From Candidatus Poribacteria bacterium (lineage in GTDB: Bacteria; Poribacteria; WGA-4E; WGA-3G), in NCBI GenBank assembly GCA_964291315.2, contig OZ219753.1:480001-544000 (forward strand): 64,000 bases of DNA. Reading direction: 5' to 3'. This document shows, piece after piece, positions 28,606-38,833 of the stretch. Made by a program: the position numbers and the translations under genes. A model generated the notes under the pieces. The model did not search any database, was not told the origin of the DNA, and saw nothing but the letters and a program-made list of their open reading frames with translations. The number at the start of each line of letters is the position of its first letter. The first letter of the stretch is position 1.

Positions 28606-29849
28606 AGATTGTCGTCGTAGGCTGGGGCACAACCGGCGATGTCTATCCTGTTTTAGGATTGGCTGAACGTTTGCTTCAAAGGGGGCATCAAGTCGGTGTC
28701 TGCGCGCTTGCTCTTTATAAAGACAAGATTCTTGGAACCGGTGCGGAATTCTATGAAATCGATGTCACTTTTGACTTGGAAGAATTTCATGCTGCGATAG
28801 ATGCGATTATTCCAAAACGCGATCCACTCGCTATGCTACAGCTCATCGTTAAGGAAGGCATTGTCCGACGCGGCAAAAAATGGTATCAGGACTGCGCAGC
28901 TACGATGAGCGAGGCAGATTTGGTAATTTGCCATTCAGTAGACATCCCTGCCCAAGAGGCCGCCATCCGGAATGAGATCCCATGGATCACTGTGACGTAT
29001 TGCCCTGTCACGATAAAAAGCCTCGATGTTGCCCCATATCCGTTCCCGAATTGGGGGCGCGTATTCAATGCAATCGTCTGGAAAATTGCGCAACTGCGGC
29101 TCGCCTCAAGCGTGGATCCTCTTTTTAATCAATTTATCGTTTCCGTTGGCGGGAAACCACGCGCATCCGTGATGCTAGAGGGAATGTACTCACCGTATCT
29201 CAATCTCATCGCAGCATCTCCACTGCTCTGCCCACCGGCCGATTTCCCACCGAATCACAAATTCACCGGGGCCTGGCATCTCGCTTCCGCAAACTATGTT
29301 CCGTCTCCGCAGTTTGTCGCTTTTTTGGAAGCAGGACCACCGCCCATCATCATTACTTTTGGCTCTATGGGTGGATCAAACGCCCATGAAACCACAAGAA
29401 TCTTAATTGATGCTGTCACAAGAACAGACCAACGCGCAATTATCCAAGCAGGCTGGGCGCAACTTGGCACGCAAGAAACGCTACCGAATATTTTCTGTAC
29501 GGAGTATGTCCCGCATCAATGGCTGTTTCCACAAGCTTGCTGTATTGTGCATCACGGTGGAGCAGGTACAACCACTTCAGCCTGTCGAGCAAAAATCCCT
29601 TCTATTGTCGTCGCGCATAACGCAGATCAGCCCTATTGGGGAAAGCGCCTTTCAGCCTTAGGCGTTGCCCCGAAGCATCTCCATCGTCGAAACCTTACCG
29701 TCGAACGTCTCACAAAACGAATTCAAAGCGTACTGGATACGCCCGCTATGAAAGAACGAGCAGAAGCTTTAGGGACACAAATGGAAACCGAAGACGGCCT
29801 GACTACAGCTGTTAGAATGATAGAATCCTTTCGCTTGTCTGAACGATGA
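28602..29849 (+). CDS. GT1/GT28-family glycosyltransferase (sterol glucosyltransferase-like)
   Basis: GTTGDVYP, TFGSM, HHGGAGTT and DQPYWG. ATGA coupling at both ends. Confidence 0.88.
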   Translation: MKIVVVGWGTTGDVYPVLGLAERLLQRGHQVGVCALALYKDKILGTGAEFYEIDVTFDLEEFHAAIDAIIPKRDPLAMLQLIVKEGIVRRGKKWYQDCAATMSEADLVICHSVDIPAQEAAIRNEIPWITVTYCPVTIKSLDVAPYPFPNWGRVFNAIVWKIAQLRLASSVDPLFNQFIVSVGGKPRASVMLEGMYSPYLNLIAASPLLCPPADFPPNHKFTGAWHLASANYVPSPQFVAFLEAGPPPIIITFGSMGGSNAHETTRILIDAVTRTDQRAIIQAGWAQLGTQETLPNIFCTEYVPHQWLFPQACCIVHHGGAGTTTSACRAKIPSIVVAHNADQPYWGKRLSALGVAPKHLHRRNLTVERLTKRIQSVLDTPAMKERAEALGTQMETEDGLTTAVRMIESFRLSER

Positions 29850-30838
29850 AAAAAATCCTCGTTTTCAGCTTCAGTTTTATCGGCGATGCAGTGCTGTCTA
29901 CTGCGGTTATCCAGCCTTTGCGAGCACACTTTCCAGATGCCCATATCACCTTCCTCGTTGGCCCCCGAGCGTTTGATCTCTTTGCTGCTGAACCTAATGT
30001 TGATGCTACCTTTGTTTATGACAAACAAGGCAAGCACGCCGGGTGGAAAGGGAGATTGTACCTCATGAAGACTTTGCGACTTGACAGATTTGACCTCGTT
30101 GTGAATTTGCGAGGCAGTTTCACTGCACGGTGTATCGGAGCAGAACACTGGGGAATGCTCCGCGGCGATAGCAATCGACATGCCGTTATCCGCTATCTGG
30201 AAGTGCTTCAGAGACACTGCATTGATACAACAGATGCACGCCCGTGTTTGCAGCTAACAGCGGAAGAACAAGCAGCAGCACACCGGTTCCTTATCGAAGC
30301 CGGGCACACATCAGAACAATTATTGATTGGCATTCATCCGGGTGGGAGCTGGAAATATAAGTTGTGGAATGCACAAAACTACGCACATCTCGGAAAGGCT
30401 TTAGCAAGAAAACTAAACACAGCGATTCTAATTTTCGCTGGGCCCAACGAACGAGAACGCCAAGCGCAGGTTGCAGAGATGATGGATGTCAGACCAATTC
30501 TCGTTAAAACGGAAAATCTACGTTACCTCGCAGCACTAATTTCTGAGTGCGATCTTTATATTGGCAATGACACCGGGCCGATGCATATCGCGGCAGCAGT
30601 GGATACGCCGGTAGTCGCGCTTTTCGGTTCCACCAATCATATCCGGAGCGGTCCGTACGGTGATAAACATACCGTTGTACAGAACGAAATAGATTTGGGT
30701 TGCAACCCATGCCATCCAGGACGGAGTGCAGGCGGATGCGGGGTTGGAAATTGCGAAGTAATCGCACGGATTACGGTGAAACAGGTGTTGGAAATTGTTG
30801 TATCTTACGCTTCTTCAATCCCAACGCCTAATGCTTAG
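29846..30838 (+). CDS. Glycosyltransferase family 9
   Basis: FIGDAVL, HPGGSW..KLW and NDTGPMHIAAA..PVVALFGST. Confidence 0.9.
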   Translation: MKKILVFSFSFIGDAVLSTAVIQPLRAHFPDAHITFLVGPRAFDLFAAEPNVDATFVYDKQGKHAGWKGRLYLMKTLRLDRFDLVVNLRGSFTARCIGAEHWGMLRGDSNRHAVIRYLEVLQRHCIDTTDARPCLQLTAEEQAAAHRFLIEAGHTSEQLLIGIHPGGSWKYKLWNAQNYAHLGKALARKLNTAILIFAGPNERERQAQVAEMMDVRPILVKTENLRYLAALISECDLYIGNDTGPMHIAAAVDTPVVALFGSTNHIRSGPYGDKHTVVQNEIDLGCNPCHPGRSAGGCGVGNCEVIARITVKQVLEIVVSYASSIPTPNA

Positions 30839-30881
30839 AACTTTCTCAGACCGGTTCCTGCCTCTCTAATGCGACGGACTT

Positions 30882-31023
30882 GTAGCATGGTTTCTATCAG
30901 TCTGTGCCTGTTCAGTTCTTGTAGCATAGACTGTGAGTCTGCGCCTCTTCAACGCCTCTTGTACAAAAGGGCTCTCTTTATCAAAAGATGTGCCAAATAA
31001 TTATAATTATCAAGCTCCCCTTA
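30882..31023 (+). repeat. REP-like palindromes plus a MITE-like end; homologous to 37597-37709
   Basis: GTAGCATAGACTGTGAGTCTGCGCCTCTTCAAC...CTCTTTATC.AAAGA...AATTATCAAGCTCCCCTTA. Confidence 0.7.
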
Positions 31024-31029
31024 TCTACA

Positions 31030-31824
31030 TCATTTATCGCTTTCTTGCAGGCGTTTTAGTTCAGCCAATGCCGCTGCTGCGCGTGCGTCTGCTTGTTGTC
31101 GTGCTTTTGCCTCTGTTGCCGCCCGTGCGTCTGCCGCTGCTGCGCGTGCATCAGCCGCTGCTGCGCGTGCATCAGCCGCTGCTGCTTGTTCTTCTGCTTG
31201 TTGTCGTGCTTTTGCCTCTGCTGCTGCCCGTGCATCAGCGCGTCTAACCTGTCTGTCCAAAGGCTCCAGCCACACCGAACGCACCGGATCATACAAACCG
31301 AGAACACCATCACGCTCGCCTAACTCTAAACCCAGCACAAGCGACGGCAAACGATCGCCTACAAATCCTATCTCCTGATACACGCCTGCCACAAGACGAT
31401 ACCCGAGAAAAGCGGGCGACACCTCGCCATAGGGATCGTAAATGTAATACTCACGCACACCCAGCACCGACGCATATAACTCACGCTTCGTCGTCAAATC
31501 CTGCCGATAGGTGCTCCTGCTCGCCAACTCTAACACAAAATCGGGAGCGTGTCCCTCTTCCCACACCCGATAGGTGCGCCGCTGCTTTTTGCTGACACCG
31601 AAGACAACAAACACATCCGGAGACACCGATTTCTTAGGGTTCCCCTCCTCATAATACATCATCAGATTGCCAGAGACATGCACATCGTCGACGTTGCGGA
31701 AGTGGTGCTTGAGCATTTGAATGCAATCCATCATGAGGTCTCTGTGTTTCTCGGTCTCTGCCATAGGTTTACCATCCGATTCGGGATAGACGAGCGTTGG
31801 AGCGGCTTTTATTCTTCTGTCCAT
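31030..31824 (-). CDS. Uma2 family endonuclease-like protein with a repetitive coiled-coil tail
   Basis: YPESDGKPMAET, SPDVFV, VLELAS.ST and EYYIYDP. The tail has AAAADAR x3 (21-bp unit). GGAGGT RBS before ATG 31824. Confidence 0.9.
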   Translation of the reverse strand: MDRRIKAAPTLVYPESDGKPMAETEKHRDLMMDCIQMLKHHFRNVDDVHVSGNLMMYYEEGNPKKSVSPDVFVVFGVSKKQRRTYRVWEEGHAPDFVLELASRSTYRQDLTTKRELYASVLGVREYYIYDPYGEVSPAFLGYRLVAGVYQEIGFVGDRLPSLVLGLELGERDGVLGLYDPVRSVWLEPLDRQVRRADARAAAEAKARQQAEEQAAAADARAAAADARAAAADARAATEAKARQQADARAAAALAELKRLQESDK

Positions 31825-31963
31825 GGGACTACCTCCTGCCTCTACTATCATATTAACTTATATGATGAAGTATATCACACAGAGACCTAGATATCAAACG
31901 GATTCTAAGCTGGGCCTTCGAGCGGTGTTTCTCTCGACTCGCGGTTTGTATAGCCGGGGCACC

Positions 31964-34783
31964 CTACACTTCTTCAACCTCAATGCCGAGTGCGCGAAGC
32001 TGCTCCTTGAATTCTTCGTAAGCTCCCTCCGAGATTTCCCCATCAGAGGCGTGCAGCTGGATCTGTACGTCTTGAAAACTTGATTGCAGATGGTGCAAGA
32101 GCTGTAAGACATCGCTCACTTTTCCGGATGGCAGTGTAAAGCGGATACCGATTTCGGTCTTGGTAAGAACCGGTGTTGGCGGCGGTGACGGCTCGGGCGG
32201 CGGTGAAGTGTTCACGTCTGTTGTTCCTCTCACGCCTCCTCGGTCTGGCGGCTCTACGACAAGCCCCGTGCAAAGTGATGCAGCGAGGATCAGTTCGTTA
32301 TCCGCAAAGGTAAGCGGCGGGCACTTCTCTCTAAACGCTCGCGGCACAAATGTATCACCGATGTTCTCACCGAGACCAAACACACCGCTCTCAACGCCTT
32401 CACGGATCGCCGCCTCCCACACACTGCGAAGCGGGCGTGCACAATTATCGCCTCCCGACGCATATGAGAACGGGTGAGACGTGGAAATCGCATCGGTGTC
32501 TCCCAGGTACTCGCGGAGGATATCCTCGGTTGTGATGCGCTCACGGATGAGATGCGGCTTCATAATCACTTCGCTATCCTCTAAGGTTACCTCTGACGGC
32601 AGCTCCCTAAAGGTGCCGGGGATCAGTTTATCGGCTGTTTTCTCACCGAGGGCGAAGAACCCCTTTTCAACACCTTCCTTGATGCTCGCTACCCATGCAT
32701 CCCGAAGAACCCGCTGCTCTCCCGGTGCACGCAGACTCGTGTGGAAGAGTTGTGCCGTCGGCAGTAGCTCCCGCTCGTTCTGATCAAGATAGCGGATTGA
32801 GAGGTTTCGCGGTCCGATGCTTGTTAAGACGTGCTCTTTCATACAGAGCATCTCATAGATGTCCTCATCAAGCGGCTTGTCCATACCGGAGGCAGGCAGT
32901 CCGAGGTCTTCGGTATCGAAACCGTCCCTGGTCGGTATCAGCACCATTCGATAGTCTTGACGTGCCGCGGCTTTCAAGGCATCTCTGGACTGCTTGAGCG
33001 TGTTGTTAATCTCTTGCCGCTGTGTCGCAGATAGGTTCAGTGCCTTATCTTTCTTAATCTCTTCGTAGGCGAGCACCTCTTTTGTCTTTTCTTCTAATTG
33101 CTCGGGTGTCCCTGATACTGGCACGAGGAAAAAGAGCGTATTGCGGTAAATGCGCGGCTTGTCACCGCGAGACTCGCTGAGCCTTTGGCAAAGTGCGTCA
33201 TCTTGTTTGGAGAGAACCACCAGCTTCAGTACCTCGGTGTCCGGGATATCGGTGCTCTTCGTTGGCGAGATATACGTCTGCATTTTAGCGGACGTAGCGG
33301 TGAGTCGCTGAAGTTGGGCGTGCATCCGTTTCGCAATGTCTTCAGGCGCGAGGTTCTCCATCCGGGTGCGCACAATCCGCTTCAGATTCGGTTGCGTGTC
33401 AAAATAAGCAGTGCCGTTCTCGGTGCGGAGATAAAAGAGATGCTCAGCCAGCTGGCTCTTCGCTGAATCTATGATCGCCGCGGGTTGATCCACCGGCACT
33501 GTGCTGCGTTTAATCTCTTCGGAGCTGGCGCCTCGCTCCACACCGCCCGTAAACGAATACAAGAAGATAGTCGTGGCCGTGCGACTGCCGAGCGCCAACT
33601 TCTCGTAGGTATCGCCCAGGGCGTTATCGGCAGCCTTCGCGCCCGCGTTGTAGCCCGTGATGTCGCTGGCGATGACGCTTTTGTATTGAGCGTCTATGTG
33701 TTCAAGGAGTTCCTCGCGGATATCGGTGTCCGATAAGTCAAAATCGGCAAGCGTCAGATACGGACGCTGCTTGCCACATGCACGATTCACCACGCGTGCG
33801 AGCAACCTGAGCACGCCTCTTGTTCGTTGAAAGTTGGGAAAACTGCCCCATCTATGATATAGCACCTCTATAACCTCGGGCAGGAACGGATAGCTCGCTA
33901 GGAATCGCTCTCGATACTCGGACTCTTGTGTGCCCGTTGGCAGAATGCCTTCTTTTCTCGCGTGCCGGGCGAAGTCGCGAACTATCTTCTTAGCCTCGGT
34001 GTGCTTGAAATCATCTTTAGAGAAGAGCCTATGCCGGATGACGCTGGCGATCTCGGCATCGTTGACCGGCGTGATCGTCCGGCTCATTCGCTTCAGCAGG
34101 TCTCGGAAGAGGGGGAAGCGACTCTCAAGGGGCGCGACCTCGCTCTCTTGCAGCGTCACAACAAAGACGACGTGCGGAGAGGCTGCCACCGCCTCTGTCA
34201 GCGAAAGCATAAACGCGATGCTCTGCTCGGCTAAGGTGCTGCCTTCCACAGCGATGCCCGCAGCAGAAGTCAAGTAGTGCAGCACCTCATCCATCAAGAT
34301 CAGCACCGGTCTGCTGCTCTTTTTGAACAATTCTGCGATGCTGTTGCCGCCCGGGCGGATCTGTGTGCCGAAGTGGGTGATCCGTCCCGTGAGCTGCCTC
34401 TCTATCTCTCCCCAGAAGGTGTCGGTGGTGTCTATCTCGGAGCCGACAATGGCGACGGGCGTTGCGTTCCACTCCTTCGCCTTGTGGTAAAGAGCGATGA
34501 GCGTGTGCGTTTTGCCACCGCCAAACGGGGTCTGCAGCTGCAGGATCGGGTCCTGGTTCTGGCGGTCTCGCCCTTTTAGTCGTCCCTCGATGCCAGAGAT
34601 CAAGCCTTTCAACCCATCGGTGAGATAGGTTTTCTGAAAGAACTGCTGGGCATTTTTGTACTCAGAGGGTCCTTGGTTTTTGACCACCTGTCCGAGCTTC
34701 GCGGCATAGGTGTCGGCTGTGAAGAGGCCGCGTAGGATATCTCTATGCGGTTTGGCAATTGTTTCAAATGCTACCGGTTTCAT
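31964..34783 (-). CDS. DUF499 AAA+ ATPase
   Basis: PHRDIL, FFQKTYLT, QTPFGGGKTH (Walker A), LILMDE (Walker B), YPFLPE and FQRTRGVLR. Confidence 0.9.
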   Translation of the reverse strand: MKPVAFETIAKPHRDILRGLFTADTYAAKLGQVVKNQGPSEYKNAQQFFQKTYLTDGLKGLISGIEGRLKGRDRQNQDPILQLQTPFGGGKTHTLIALYHKAKEWNATPVAIVGSEIDTTDTFWGEIERQLTGRITHFGTQIRPGGNSIAELFKKSSRPVLILMDEVLHYLTSAAGIAVEGSTLAEQSIAFMLSLTEAVAASPHVVFVVTLQESEVAPLESRFPLFRDLLKRMSRTITPVNDAEIASVIRHRLFSKDDFKHTEAKKIVRDFARHARKEGILPTGTQESEYRERFLASYPFLPEVIEVLYHRWGSFPNFQRTRGVLRLLARVVNRACGKQRPYLTLADFDLSDTDIREELLEHIDAQYKSVIASDITGYNAGAKAADNALGDTYEKLALGSRTATTIFLYSFTGGVERGASSEEIKRSTVPVDQPAAIIDSAKSQLAEHLFYLRTENGTAYFDTQPNLKRIVRTRMENLAPEDIAKRMHAQLQRLTATSAKMQTYISPTKSTDIPDTEVLKLVVLSKQDDALCQRLSESRGDKPRIYRNTLFFLVPVSGTPEQLEEKTKEVLAYEEIKKDKALNLSATQRQEINNTLKQSRDALKAAARQDYRMVLIPTRDGFDTEDLGLPASGMDKPLDEDIYEMLCMKEHVLTSIGPRNLSIRYLDQNERELLPTAQLFHTSLRAPGEQRVLRDAWVASIKEGVEKGFFALGEKTADKLIPGTFRELPSEVTLEDSEVIMKPHLIRERITTEDILREYLGDTDAISTSHPFSYASGGDNCARPLRSVWEAAIREGVESGVFGLGENIGDTFVPRAFREKCPPLTFADNELILAASLCTGLVVEPPDRGGVRGTTDVNTSPPPEPSPPPTPVLTKTEIGIRFTLPSGKVSDVLQLLHHLQSSFQDVQIQLHASDGEISEGAYEEFKEQLRALGIEVEEV

Positions 34784-37478
34784 GGTAAAATCTCCTGTTG
34801 CGTGTTTTCCGAGGCTTTTGCGACTTCGCGCTGAATGGCGGCTTTGCCCGCAAGCCAGCCGTCAAGCCATTGCCGTTCCTGATTGTCGCTCGGCAGCGCG
34901 TCTCTTATCTGCTCTGCTACGTTCCATACCAGCTCGTTGAGGCCGACATTCCGCTTCGAAAGACACTGGATCATTTCAGAGCTGTTGCTAGACGACCAGA
35001 GCAGCAGGGCACGGTGCAGAATATCTATCAACTCTTCGCTGCCGGAGAGGTCGGTGTCCTTTCGATCCTGAGGTCCCAGAACCCGCACGTTCGTCTTCTC
35101 CTGCTGGATAAAACTCTCTGCACCCCACACTTCGGTTAGCTCAATACCGAGGGAAAAAGCGAGCTCGCGGGCATCGTTGAAAGGTGCAGCCTTTGCACCG
35201 TGTTGCCGCCGCCACCGGAGGTAAAAACGGGTAAGATCCGTGCCTGCTGCACCCGATTGATCGTCCTCGAACCGCAAGAGTATCTCCCGGATGTCAGCGA
35301 TCATTTTATCGGCACGCACGACGTTGTCGTCTTTGTCGAGCACCTGTTGATAGGCACCGAACACCTCAATCCCGATCCCAATTGCAGCGATGAACAGACC
35401 GACCCCAGAGAACCCCCACTCCCACAAGGTAAAGAGGCGCTGTTCTAAGTAGCTCTCCATTTCCGTTTTAACGTCCTGATAGAGCCCGAGGGGTTTCCGA
35501 TCTCTCTTGCGGGCGACCATGTAGATAGTGGATGAAAGAACTGCAGAGTCTTGTGCTCGGAGCCGAGAGGGCAGCTCTGTATCTATGGGCCACGCCGCCG
35601 TGATGACAAGTTCCGATTCCAAGAGGGCGTTAATCAAAGCTTCCCAGCCTGCCGTGGATTTGTGGCCGTAGACAATAATTGCGATGCCGTCTGCTTTTAA
35701 CACGCGATGCATCTCCTGAAACGCCATCGCAAGGCCGACTTCAAACAACTGCTTACCTGCCTTCAATCCGCCCGGGCCATGCCCGTAAGCCACGATCTCC
35801 CCTTCCTTCGGTGTCAAGGGGGTTTTAAAGAGCTCGGGGTAGTGTGCGCCGATACTCCGTTTCAGCCACACATAGAAGAATTCGGAGAGATAGGCATATG
35901 CCACGTTATTGTAGTAAGGAGGATCGGTGAGGATAGCATCGAAGGTGTCGTCTGGATAGGGGAGGCTCAGGGCGGATGCCTGTCTCACGGTGGATACAGG
36001 CTCCCTGTCCATTTGGCAGAGATGCGCCATCGACCTGAGAACGGTTTTTAATCGATTTGCCCCGACACGAAACGGGTTCGCCTCTCCATAATCCCAGACC
36101 ATCAGCAACGCTGCTATTGAGAAAATTTTATCAGCAGCTTCATGTGTGTTCACCCATGGACTAAGGTTAGAACCAGTGTCAGCGACACGATCCAACCAGA
36201 GCCCTAAGTAGGTGCAGACCGCCTTGGCGTATTCAGGGTCATAGTTCTCACGCGCTTGCATTTCTGCAGCGGCACCGCGAATCTTCTCTGTCAGGGTGAC
36301 GAGGGTGAGTTGTTGGCGAGGATTGAACAGATCACCATAGGTCTTCAGGTTGTAATTATCTAATTTACCCCCCAGCACCCTGGAATCAGGTGTTGGTTCA
36401 TCGGGTACCGGGTCAATCCCCCACTTGTCTTTGAGGAGCGAACGTTTTTCGGAAAGTCGTTGCTGTGCGCGCTTGAAAATTACGAGGTCTTCCGCAGTCG
36501 CAAGTCGATACGATCTGCCGGTCCGTTTTGAGTGATGTGTTACCACCGCCAGCATCCGCTCACCCGAGTGCCCCTCTTGAAAGAAGCGGCGCGTCTGCTC
36601 CGCAGCGATGGTGTTCTGGCAAAGCGGACACGTAACAATAGACCGGGAAATCGTGCCCTTCGCAGGCTCAAAGCCGTCCGGCATCGCCGCGTGCCCTGTG
36701 CCGACAATGCGGAAACCGATCTGTCCCTCAGCATCATAGGGGAACAGCGCTATTTGCTTGGATTTATCTTTCTTTTTTTCATTTTTCTTTTGTGCCAACC
36801 AGAATTGACGCATGAGCGGAATAACCGCATTGCAATTCAGGTTTTGACACGGTAGCGTGCGCGCCCAAATATAGGCGTAGACCTCCGAGCCGTCCGGCTC
36901 TTTCGGGTAGAAAGCCGTAAGCTCCGTCTTTATCTCTGCAAGTATCCGCTCTCCCCACCTCTTGACATCGTCGTAAAGGCGCTGTCCATATCTTTGCGGG
37001 TATTCGAGGTTGCACTTCTGGATTAGAACAGAGAGCGGGTTGAGGTCAGTGGCGTGCGTTTCGCAGCCGAGTCGTTGTGCTTCCAACGGAATGGCCCCGG
37101 TTCCCCCGAAGGGGTCTAGGATTTTAGGCGGTTTTCCGTTGTGAGACCGTAGGATATCTGCTCTCGCCTGTTGGATCCAGAGCGGGTTGAGAGCGTTCTC
37201 CCATCTGGCGAGTTCTGCGATGAAATTGTGTTTAGGGGGGAGTAGGGAGGTATGTGTGGATGTGTTAATATACTTATCACATGTGGATATGGGGGGGTCA
37301 GGGGCGAATCTGCGCGGACTAGTGCAGCATAAGCTGTAGCACGCGATGGCCCCAGCGGACGACTCGCCCAATAGATGTGCAGACCCGTAATTTGGGATTT
37401 GTGTTTGTCGCGGCGCCCCTCTCTGCTCACGGCCTCCACCGGAAATCCGACTTCAATGATACGTCTGTTGTCGTTCAT
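34780..37478 (-). pseudogene. DUF1156 adenine DNA methyltransferase, split by a frameshift at ~37235-37297
   Basis: The N-terminus (IEVGFP..., LHIYWASRPL) is in ORF 37116-37478. The remainder (LDPFGGTGAIPLEA, TDPPYYNN) is in ORF 34780-37371. Confidence 0.85.
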
Positions 37479-37581
37479 ATATTCACTGCTTTCTATAAGG
37501 TAATTTGAGCTTCAATAAATAATCTACTGTTCTCTTTCTCTAAAGTCCCTTTTGTACAATAACGTGAATTAAAACAATATC

Positions 37582-37709
37582 TAGGGGAGCTCTTTTGTAG
37601 CATAGACTGTCAGTCTCTGCCTCTTCAACACTTATAGCAAAACCTGTTAAGCTATACTAAGGGTCCTCTTTATCCAAAGAGGAGCAAAATAATTACCAAG
37701 CTCGCGTTA
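37582..37709 (+). repeat. MITE-like element containing REP-like palindromes
   Basis: Begins TAGGGGAGCT and ends AGCTCGCGTTA, with internal GTAGCATAGACTGTCAGTCTCTGC. Confidence 0.55.
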
Positions 37710-37914
37710 TAAATTATTGTAAGTTATCATATCAAATCACGATTTAATTGTCCAATTGATTTTTAATAGGTGATATGTCGGTTCTTATAGTTTTGGCTAC
37801 TGTAGGACGGATTGCGACATCTCGATGGATGTATTCGGGCATTGGAGTTCCCTGCCACAGAAAAGAGAACAGCATTCGGATTCATAGGATTTGTAGCATT
37901 GATATTTAATTAAT

Positions 37915-37943
37915 TTGACAGGTGCGGAAAAATAGTGTATAAT
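37915..37943 (+). promoter_or_regulatory. Consensus sigma70 promoter of the tRNA cluster
   Basis: TTGACA, a 17-nt spacer, then TATAAT. Confidence 0.85.
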
Positions 37944-38056
37944 TTAAACGTCTTGGGAAGAGATCTGTCAAGTGACCTTACAAATGTGCTGACAGTTGCG
38001 GACGCAGTTTTTAGTGAGAAGTGGGTCACTTGTAAGTATAGGCGCTGAGTAAGTCT

Positions 38057-38132
<76 letters not shown>

Positions 38133-38162
38133 TAAAAAAAAAGAATGGGCTATTTAACACAA

Positions 38163-38236
<74 letters not shown>

Positions 38237-38256
38237 CTTTTCATAACTCAAAACGT

Positions 38257-38329
38257 GGTGGATGTAGCTCAGGGGTAGAGCACTTGACTGTGGATCAAGT
38301 GGTCGTGGGTTCAAATCCCATCATCCACC
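38257..38329 (+). tRNA. tRNA-His(GTG)
   Basis: Encoded G-1 and anticodon arm CTTGA-CTGTGGA-TCAAG. Confidence 0.95.
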
Positions 38330-38513
38330 CTCATTCATATCTCGGGGCCGGCTGTGCGGCAGAACGCCCGGTTGAATACGGGGACATCAGAAAGCAGTAA
38401 GTGTCCATTCCGTTCACTGCGAATCATTGGTGGGATATTCCGAGAACAAGCAAACGCCACGGTTAGAACAAGAGACGTGGATCTGTCCCAACGGGCGAGA
38501 ATACCAACCAGGT

Positions 38514-38586
38514 GCGCCGTTAGCTCAATTGGCAGAGCATCTGACTCTTAATCAGGCGGTTGAAGGTTCGATTCCTTCACGGCGCA
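38514..38586 (+). tRNA. tRNA-Lys(CTT)
   Basis: Anticodon arm TCTGA-CTCTTAA-TCAGG. Confidence 0.95.
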
Positions 38587-38608
38587 TCGCTTCTAATATA
38601 GAACGTTC

Positions 38609-38693
38609 GGGCGGGTGCTGGAATTGGTAGACAGGATAGACTTAGGATCTATTGGGGTTACGCCTCGTGAGGGTTCAAGTCCCTCCTCGCCCA
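38609..38693 (+). tRNA. tRNA-Leu(TAG)
   Basis: Anticodon arm ATAGA-CTTAGGA-TCTAT and a long variable arm. Confidence 0.95.
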
Positions 38694-38833
38694 TGATTGC
38701 AAGAAATTGGTGGCGGCCGGGAAACAGCGGCGGTTAACCTCCGACATTGCTACCTATCACTTGCCAAGAAACAGGCACCATCAGTGATTTGAAAGCACCC
38801 GGGCTCTCAACGCTCGGCATGAGGACAAAAGAC

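Noticed and set aside
31070-31245. 21-bp repeats as a separate element
   Set aside because: They encode the coiled-coil tail that is usual in this Uma2 subfamily.
38344-38510. tmRNA (starts GGGGCCG, ends ACCA)
   Set aside because: Too short, with no T-arm, no matching acceptor stem and no evident tag ORF.
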